Shown: piece after piece, positions 31,460-40,600 of the stretch
Numbering within the stretch: the stretch's first letter is position 1
Layout of the letters: each line of letters starts with the position of its first letter
Assembly: GCA_030141605.1 (NCBI GenBank)
Contig: JAQGDQ010000392.1
Span: 124,001 to 188,000, forward strand
Direction of reading: 5' to 3'
DNA from: Tubiluchus corallicola
Taxonomy: Eukaryota; Animalia; Priapulida
DNA length: 64,000 nt
The notes under the pieces: generated by a model
The model's database searches: none
What the model was told of the DNA's origin: nothing
The model's input: the letters and a program-made list of their open reading frames with translations, nothing else
Translations under genes and position numbers: made by a program

Positions 31460-32070
31460 TATTATTTTCCTGAACCACTATTTTGCAAAAAAGTGATCTA
31501 ACAAAATCTAAGTAACGCAATTACAGCCACGTTCACGTTGTTGACTGCTTGTATACGCAAAATAAGCAATCTTCATTATCGCTTGTAAGCTCGACTTTTT
31601 CAGACGACTTCATCTTTAGTCTTCTAACCCGTGAAAATAGTTGCGGCCCGGCATACAAGCACAAAACTAAGATTTCTTAGAAAAACTAATAGGGGTTTGA
31701 AGAAGTAAATAACAGACTAAATTCCTCAAAATGTAAAAAATGTTATGAGTTAAGGCTAAATATTATGGTGAAGGTAAAACTATATTACAAGTAAATAAGT
31801 AAAAACTAAATTACAAGTACATAAGGAAGTACAAGAACACATTTATAAAAACTGATGATTTTTATGTCCAATCTGTAAAAATGAACAAGACATAGAGTGC
31901 ATTTGTTTTATGCTATGTACGTATTTATCTATCTAGAGTCTGCAAATAGCTAGAGGCATAATAATTAAACAACAACAACATCATCATCTATTGGTTACAC
32001 CTATTATGCTCATGATAAGTAATGGCTGTTTGTGTTGTTGTGTCTTGTGGTGTAGTTCATAATAAAAACC

Positions 32071-32122
32071 TGGTGACGAAGATTGGATTCGAATCCACAG
32101 GGGCAAAACCCAATGGATGAGC
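32071..32122 (-). pseudogene. Degenerate 3' half of a tRNA-Ser(GCT)-like sequence ending in CCA
   Basis: Minus strand GCTCATCCATTGGGTTTTGCCCCTGTGGATTCGAATCCAATCTTCGTCA-CCA resembles the metazoan tRNA-Ser(GCT) 3' half (GCTAATCCATTG, variable arm, GTGGGTTCGAATCCCATCCTCGTCG). The 5' half is absent. Confidence 0.6.
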
Positions 32123-34291
32123 TAGCATAATAAAATCAAAAATAGTTATGAAGCATGAGCTCTAACAGGTGACGTTACAAGTGAACGTAGTAGTGGAATT
32201 GAAGGCCGATGAAAGCATCGTCATCAGATTTTTATTATAATTATCAAAATTAATGGCTCAATTTATGCCCATCAAATTTGTTAAAGCTATGTAAAGAAAA
32301 TTTCTTTGTGTTGTGCATGAACACGTGTTACAGTCAGGAGAGGCTCATTACCTTTGCTCAATTACTCCTTATAATATGTGTGAGACTCATTTCAAGTTAT
32401 TCCCAAGCTTTTTCAAAAAATTAGCTAAACTTAATATAAAGGATTATAGCACGAGTAATAAATTAGTAAACATTTTTGTTTGCTATAAAATAAATGCATA
32501 AAAATACAACAATTCTCAGTGTTTGTTGTTTTAAACACAAAACATTGCTGAAGACGAATGCGTCCAGTGCAAATTAGTTAAGTACAAACGTGAATGTCTA
32601 AAAATACACAGATACAAGGTACCTCAGAAGTACTACAAAGAATTATAGATACAAGGTACATTACCATTATTAAGAAACTGCCATTTAATGAATTTAATAA
32701 GTAAAAACAATCATGAATACACATGCACTTTTCCTGTAGTGCACCACGTGCAAACACCGCTAAGTTTGGGTGTAAGTCCAAGTACCAGCAATGGAGGAGC
32801 AGTTAGAGCCAAAATACGGCACATCTGACTGGCCATTGCAAGGCGAACCCCTGCTAGTCCTATGACTGATGTTGTGCGATCTATACATATGTATTAAGCA
32901 GCTTTTCAATTGATCGTGTAATCAGCTGATGTACTTGCAAAATTTGGTCACTTAAAGTGCTTTAGTTTTTCACACTTCAACACGTTCTGTAGTATCTTTT
33001 TTCAATACAACACATAGGGCAAATGTGAATATTTCTGTTATACTGTCATGATTAGGGGTTAAGCGAATACCCTCATGAAAATCTCGTATTTTTTCCGCAA
33101 AATATTTCTCGATTAAGGATTAAAACCTTATTCTGTTACTAATTGCATAATTTCCTTTATTTAGTCTAATGTGCATTTGTGCAACTTGATATCCACATCA
33201 GTTCATCTATCTATACATCTGTGACATCAGTGTAAGAAACTGTTGGCAACAACTCCGATTCCTAAAGAAGAAATCAGCACTTTGGCAGCAGACTCTAACC
33301 AAATTATTTTTAACTCTGATTATGCTATTTTTATAATTTTTCTTTTAAAAAGCTGGTGCAGATACCTAATACTTTTAGGTGATTTTTCTTCCTCCATTGC
33401 TAAATTATTTAATTTTTATTTAACTGTGATTTTAGTATCAGTATACCACATCTTAGCATTTGTTTATGAAAATAACTTTGCACACAGCTGGTTTATGTAG
33501 TATTTAACGTGTATTGCTTGGCCGATGTACTTTGTATGTATTTGTGCAAATAAAACTGAATTAAATTGAATGGATATGTATGGCTTTGGGTGGGTAGGGG
33601 CGAATAATTTTTCTTTCAAAAATCTTAGTTTTTCAATGATTTTCTTTTTCGTTCAAATTCTTGGTGTATTTGTTCCTAGGCAAGAGAGCAGTTTTCCCTA
33701 AACAAATTGTTCTGAACATATACCAAAAAACGTTGATTATTACAATCACTGTTAATAAAAATAACTTTTCGTACAAAGCTTATATGAATTAAGTTTACGT
33801 GTACGTATTATTTTACGTGTATAGATTATGTCAAGTGTTTTGCCAATGTACAATATTCGTATTTGAGCAAATGAAATCGAATTGAATTGAATAATAAAAG
33901 TGCAAGAAGTGCTTTTTGATAAGATGGCGATTTCCATATGTTTGCATGTTAGTCGAATTTGTGTTTGACGTAAGCTTTTTTTTAGTAATATCCACATTAC
34001 GTGGCTACTTCGTGCACACGCGACTGTTCTGTGGTCTGTCGTGTGCCGCGGTGCTGCTTACCAGACGATTCATAGTGGCTATACTAATGTTTCTATCATG
34101 CTCCTGAACATAGTATATCCAAATTATAAGGAGCAAACAAAAATGTATCCCGTCATGTTTTTATCGTCTTGCTCTATGGTGCCCTTATTGTTTTGTAATT
34201 TTTATTAGTGGCATTGCTGAATGTGTACCTATGAGCCCTGGGTGAATGATACATGGAACAGGCTTCCAGCTAGAGCAGTTTATGCTAGTTC

Positions 34292-35010
34292 GGCGCTATT
34301 ACACTTTCGCACCGCCTAGCTTTTCCTGGCCTATTGGTTGTTTTCACGCCTGCAGGCCAGAAAGCAGACCAACAGGCGTAATATACACCATATTCCCATA
34401 ATATTATTGCGGCGTACGCTTTATAAGTCCAGATTAAAATCATGCATTACTTACCTACAGCCGCCATTAAAAGCTGCACGTGAATAACCGTGTTTACATC
34501 ACTGCTGCGCAGTCGCTCTCGCGCATTGACGTGATGGCCCTTAACCTGTATTTTTAGTTTCTTCGCATAATTTATGATTATTAGGGTTGCATCTACGAGA
34601 GTTTGTATCGTATCGCGGGTGGGCCTGGAACGGAACAGTTATTTATCATTAATTTTATTTATTGCTGTAGTATTATTACTATTATATTATAAAAAAAGTA
34701 AAGGTTTTTTCTTTATTTCGTAAATGCGGTGAAGATGAAAGTGTGTCACGTGCTTTTAAGCTAGGCCCTGATAATGCATAAACTAGTACGAAATTCGTCA
34801 CGTGACCACACACACAAACAAGATGGCGATACTGTGTCGAACTGTGAATACAGCGTAATTATTGGTAATTATGCCTAAATAGGATTAAATTACAATTAGA
34901 TTAGCGGAAACATTCACTGATGACGTAAGAATAATAGAATGATGACTTACGAGCCTAAAAACGCGTAATAACCTATAAAAAGCTAGGCGGTGCGAAAGTG
35001 TAATAGCGCC
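34292..35010. mobile_element. Non-autonomous Mutator-like (MULE) DNA transposon / MITE, 719 bp
   Basis: Perfect 33-bp terminal inverted repeats GGCGCTATTACACTTTCGCACCGCCTAGCTTTT (34292-34324 / 34978-35010). Perfect 9-bp TSD TGCTAGTTC (34283-34291, 35011-35019). No ORF. Superfamily inferred from the 9-bp TSD and G termini. Confidence 0.88.
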
Positions 35011-36747
35011 TGCTAGTTCTGTCCGAAACTTTCCGGCAATTGACACTTGATGCCATCAGAGTCATGGAGCCGCCTGTTCATATGGGAAGATTGTAAAAAA
35101 TTAGTACGTAGGCCGCAGGATATTTATTCATCTACGTTTAGTTGATTTGGTTTACACAGTGTAATTGCATGCATCCCGTGAAGCCACCTGCAAAAAACAG
35201 TGCAATGTGACTAGTACGGCCAACCTTCTAGTTAATGGAACTTCTAGCAGTTCTTTAGTGCATTTTTTGGTCCAAATTATTTTCTCTATATTAGAATAAA
35301 GCTATGCATATTTGGTCATTTTAAGTTCATTTCGAAGTGTTTTATTAAAGTAACCATAAATAGTTGATTGTTCATTCACTGAATTTGTTCGTTTGCTCAG
35401 GCTAAGTAGTTTGGCGTTGTATTACTAAGCCTAATGTTGTTGATGTCGAATGTATTGAATTATTAATCTCTTAAGGATAATGAGTATTTTCACGTCAGTG
35501 TCAATACATCAATTGTATTAGATAAACAAAACATAAGAGTTTATAAATGATCAGGTTTGCAGATATTGTATTTATTGCCCCTTTTTAATTACACCTTTAC
35601 CTATTTGTCTGTTCCATGTATATGCAATTAGAGAAATGTGTGTTTACTTTTTTCTAGAATTTATATTTTCTGTTTTTTAACTATATATTTTATCCCTTCT
35701 ACTGTGCTTTTGTCATGTTTTGTTAATTACTAGCTGAATGATTGCTTGTTTGGTTTAGCATTTATAATGTTTAAATTTGTAGTTTGAATATGTTAAGCAA
35801 CACAAATTCGCTGCATGAAGATACTGTTTATTAGCTTGTTTTGCTTTGTTATGTTTGTACTGTAAATTGGCAACTTAGGTGAATTAAGCTGCTTTATAAA
35901 TATCACTCGCATTATTCTGGCATCACAGCATTACGAGGTGATGATGCTGTACTTCGTAAATTTGAATTTTTCTGCCAAGTTTTATTATATGGAACTGTTT
36001 CTGTAGAATCCTATAGTTAATCAAGTACACAAATCAAATTTTGGTCCTAGGTCAATTTTTGGAAGTGAAACATGGTCTATCTTACTGCTTTGCTGTCTTG
36101 CCAAATCTTGATGTAAAATTTCAGTTGTTTGGTCAGCCATGCGGAGTAAATAGACATTTTAGTATTTAGTATAAATAGACATAAATATCATTTATAAGAG
36201 CTTACATTAACAACAACAAGTAATTTGTGCATAAAAGCTAGCAAATTCTTAACAGTTAAAGCTGTACAGCAAAATTAAAATGCTCAAAGTTTCGAAAACC
36301 AAATGAAAACGTAACTGAAGCTTTTCCTTATGTGCACTGCAGTCTATATGACAGTGTCTTTTTAAATATGTTTGTAATGCGTGAATTTTCCTAAAACTCG
36401 TACTTAGTGGTCATGTTTAAATTGACAAACAGTCAATAGGTGTAAATACTTGTTGTACATTTTTTTGTTTGCATTACTTTTTATCAATTCAGTGCTGTTT
36501 CAGTGCATCATCTAGACTTTGATTATGTGGCAGAGTAACAGGCATAGTGCGCCTGTTTTTTTATGTTGTGTTACTGTTAGCTGTGAATTTAATGGTGTTT
36601 AGTTTAAGTCTTGCATTAAAGATGCCTTTAAACTGTCTATTTTATTTTCAAATGCTAGTGCTGTAACACTATTTTCTAAACTAGGCTTAAAATTACTCTT
36701 ACAGTATTACATTACCTACCACTTAGCAATATTACTTTAGGTACACC

Positions 36748-36759
36748 ATGAATTACTGA
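36748..36759 (+). promoter_or_regulatory. 3-codon upstream ORF (M-N-Y-stop) ending 1 nt before the MOCS2A ATG
   Basis: cacc-ATG AAT TAC TGA-a-ATG gct, with A at -3 (good Kozak context). Confidence 0.55.
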
Positions 36760-36760
36760 A

Positions 36761-37033
36761 ATGGCTGCGGCAAGTGTGGACGTGAAAATCTTATTTTTTG
36801 CTAAAAGTCGAGAACTCGTTGGACTGAAAGAAACTACGACAAGTTTGCCTCAGCAGCTGCAAGTATCTGAATTAATATTTCATCTGCTCAAGAAATTTCC
36901 AAGCTTAAAGGTGATAGAATCAAATATTGTTTTAGCATTGAATCATCAATATGTCGACATGAACAGCAGGGATCTGTTGAATTTTAGTGAAGGTGACGAG
37001 CTAGCTATAATACCCCCACTTAGTGGTGGTTAA
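36761..37033 (+). CDS. MOCS2A: Molybdopterin synthase sulfur carrier subunit (MoaD/ThiS family), intronless, 90 aa
   Basis: VKILFFAKSRELVG at the N-terminus, LALNHQYV, and C-terminal GDELAIIPPLSGG di-glycine. Preceded by a splice acceptor (ttactttag, ending 36740). Confidence 0.93.
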   Translation: MAAASVDVKILFFAKSRELVGLKETTTSLPQQLQVSELIFHLLKKFPSLKVIESNIVLALNHQYVDMNSRDLLNFSEGDELAIIPPLSGG

Positions 37034-37039
37034 ATCAAT

Positions 37040-37468
37040 ATGACTGATCACATATATCTAACATCTAATAAGCTTAGTGTAGATGAAGTTACTCAGATTG
37101 TATCATCTCCCGACTGTGGTGCTATTTCTTTATATGTTGGTACAGTAAAAGACAATTATGATGGAAAGCGTGTTAAACAAGTCGAATATGAAGCTTATAC
37201 GCCGATGGCAGAAGCTGAAATACGAAAAATTTGCGGAATCGTTCGCCAGAAGTGGAGGGTGCAAAACATGGCCGTGTTTCATAGGTTGGGAACTGTGTGT
37301 GTCATGGACGCCATTGTAATATTAGCAATTTCTTCAGAACATCGTCACGATGCCATGGAAGCAGTGACTTTTACAATTAATGCTCTGAGATCAGCTGTTC
37401 CTATATGGAAGCAGGAAATTTACGAGGAGGAAGAAGACACCCGTGCAGATTGTCCTACATCTGACTAA
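37040..37468 (+). CDS. MOCS2B: Molybdopterin synthase catalytic subunit (MoaE family), intronless, 142 aa, divergent at conserved active-site positions
   Basis: CGAISLYVGTV, EYEAYTPMAE, AVFHRLG, SSEHR and VPIWKQE are MoaE-family motifs. Starts 6 nt after the MOCS2A stop. Confidence 0.9.
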   Translation: MTDHIYLTSNKLSVDEVTQIVSSPDCGAISLYVGTVKDNYDGKRVKQVEYEAYTPMAEAEIRKICGIVRQKWRVQNMAVFHRLGTVCVMDAIVILAISSEHRHDAMEAVTFTINALRSAVPIWKQEIYEEEEDTRADCPTSD

Positions 37469-37631
37469 TTTGTAAAATTAATGCCTTCTTACCTGCTCTT
37501 TTTGTGCAATTGCATGACTAAGTCTGACATTGTGAAATTTGAAAGCTTTTGCTTGTGTGTTATTATCTAGGTTCAGAAGTGTGTGTATTTTGATTAGAAC
37601 TAAACTAAACTAACCAATCTAAACTGCCAGA

Positions 37632-40600
37632 ATGGGTGATTTTGGAATGGAAGACGCCCGATTCTCTCACATCGGTAGAGATCCGAGATTCAGGAGAATG
37701 CCTAGAAGAGAACGCAAAGTTAAAATTGATAAGCGATTTGAAGCAATGTTCAAGGTACAAACACAATTTTTTTTATTTATTATTATACATTTGTGTGCAT
37801 AAATACATAATGGGAACAGTTTCAATCGAAACAGTGTAAAAATGTTGACTTAAAATTTATACACAGGGTTTTAATCAATGCTACTGTGCAACTTTATGTG
37901 AAAGTCTGATGAAAGTTTCTCAGTGAGTTGCTAAGAATGCCAGTAAATTGATGGTTAGACTAGTAGGTCTTTATTCAACTGTCTTTGCATCTGCTCTCGC
38001 AATACCACAATTTATTATTTAGAAACCTCGCAGTTTTCACTGTACTTACATATTTACATCATGTGAATTTCTTTACATTGAAAGCCAAGTCTAAACTTTC
38101 TGCTGAGATGATTTAAATAAAAACAAAATCATTGTCAATTTTCATTACAGGCACATTTATAGTTAAAAATAACACAGCTTTATTAAAGACTTTTACATCA
38201 AAAACTTAAAAGTTAAAATCATGCCAACCGTTTCGACTAGCTGCTCCTGTCATCATCAATGGTAAATTTACGAACATACAACCAGTTTATATAGGCAGAT
38301 TATTCACTAATTAAGCAGTTAATAGAAGCCAAATAGGTAATGAATAAACAGACCAGTAAAGAAATTGATACAGTAAGTTGAACACTAATTATGTATTTAC
38401 AAAGGCCAAATACGTAATGATTAAGCAGACCTGAAGAAAAGGAATTGATACCGTAACAAATAACTAAGTGTTTGAAAGGAATTGAATTGTCTTGTACATT
38501 AAAAGAATGCTTATTAGGGTACAAAGACAAACTTTCATTTTTTTAATTAGTCTTAGTTATTAGTGAGATAGTTGAATAATTCTCAGTTATTAACTACAAA
38601 ATCATTGTAATGTAGTTTTTGCAAACTGTCTACTTTATACTAATAATAATAATGTTTACTTTTCAATTGAGCAAAGGTGGTACAGTCACGGACTAATAAA
38701 TTACGTTCGTGCGGCACATAATTTGATTTATTTCTCACTTTATTATTTAGGATAAAAGGTTCAAGATGAAGTATGCAGTAGACAAGCGAGGAAGGCCTCT
38801 GCATAATTATTCCACTAACGAGGATTTGAAACAGTATTACGAGCTGTCCTCATCTGATGATGATGATGACAGTGATGATAATCAGTGCAGTGGGGACGTC
38901 AACAGTAATGTTGATGAAATGCGTAAATCGCAGAACGTGAGAAAACCAAATGTTAGTGAAAATTTATCTAAGATATCAGCAAGAGAATTGGTTCTTCCTG
39001 ACAAGCAGAACAAGGAAATAAAAAATCTGCCAGTTGACAAAATACAATCTGGAAAATTCAGTGATGTCATTGATAGTGAAACAGGTATTTTTTATACATC
39101 TTAGTACACTGCAAGCCGTAATCAAGCATTCAAAGGTGGAGCCTACTCAAACAGATGTTTGTGGCAGAATTGGAGCCTAGTTCGTTACGAAAGCTAGGCC
39201 ATTGGACCGACAGAGTGCAAGTAAAATGCAGAGTAGGGGTGAGCAATCTGTATCGAAGAGTGAATTTGAATCAAATTAACTTTGTGGCTTTGGAGTACAA
39301 ATTAAACCGAATTTCAGCATTTTCGAATCCAAATTGAATTCAAATTCAGCGTTGAAGGTTTTCGAATAAATTTCTGAATCATTAATAAAAAGCAGTCTTG
39401 CAGAGATCATGCATATTACTTGATTTTGTTCTGCAGTTAAAACACTAATAATTTGTTTACAAATTATGTGCAGAAATCACAACTAAATTGTGTGCATTAT
39501 ATTTCAAATTTTTTAATGATAAAGAATAAAAGTAGTTGAAGCGCTGAATTGTTTGAATGTGTAATTTTATATTCGAATCGAATTCCAATTAAAAAACTGG
39601 TTCGAATCGAATTCAAATGTTTGATGCTCACCCCTAGTGCAGAGAGAACTTATTAATAGCTAATAGGTTGGTGATTTGTTTTCATTCTGACAGTTATAAA
39701 ACTTAATAAAATATGTAATAGTTTATGCTCACGATGAGTCCACAAGCTCTGAGTGAGTATTTAGTAAATATTACTAATAAGTAACAAAGATGCACCTATT
39801 CAATAAATAACTGAATAGAGACTTTAAAGGAATGAACAAGTCACTCAGCATGTTGGGTTTACTTTACTGTTATCACTTAAACTCAGAAGAATATAAATGT
39901 AACAAAAGAAATTTGCAAAAACTTTCTATAAAGCATAAATCTAAAATATACTACCTCTGAATAGAAATTTTCAGGCGTGGTGGTTGCCACCATTTGTTTG
40001 AAAATTATGACGCAGCTGGGGGATTTCTTAATTTTTAGTAAGTGCATTGTGGCTTTCCGTCACCGCACACTGTTCAAACTAATTCAGATTTCTGCAGCTT
40101 ACCTAATATTCATGCAAAAAGGTTAGAAAATCAGCTATCTAATTTTTTGTAAAACTTATACTTTTAGTAAAGATTGACAGTGCGCTACTTTTCTTCAGGA
40201 CGAATGACGTCATTGAAAGAAAAATGGGTATTGAAAATGCGAGTGTGCAAGCATGAAGTGGTTGTGACTTTAATTTGATTTTGCTAGTTATGTGAGGCAC
40301 TTATTGCAGTTTTCTTACCAAATTCTTTTAATAAGCGTAACTTTCCAGAAGGCTGGGCCTTTCTTTTAAACAAAGAGTCTACCAATGAATGCTTACCGGG
40401 ACAGGGTAGACTAAACTGCATAGAGTTTAATTGTTATACCTTTTTGTTAGCGTTTGCAGAAGTTTGACCTTAATCAGTTGCAATTAGACTGTTGCTAAGT
40501 ATACTGCAAAATGTGAAAAGAAAAACCCCGTTAACGTTTGTTGAAGGCTACCCCTTTTGAAGTCTTGTAGAATGAAATGTTGAAGTTCTTTTAGTAATAC

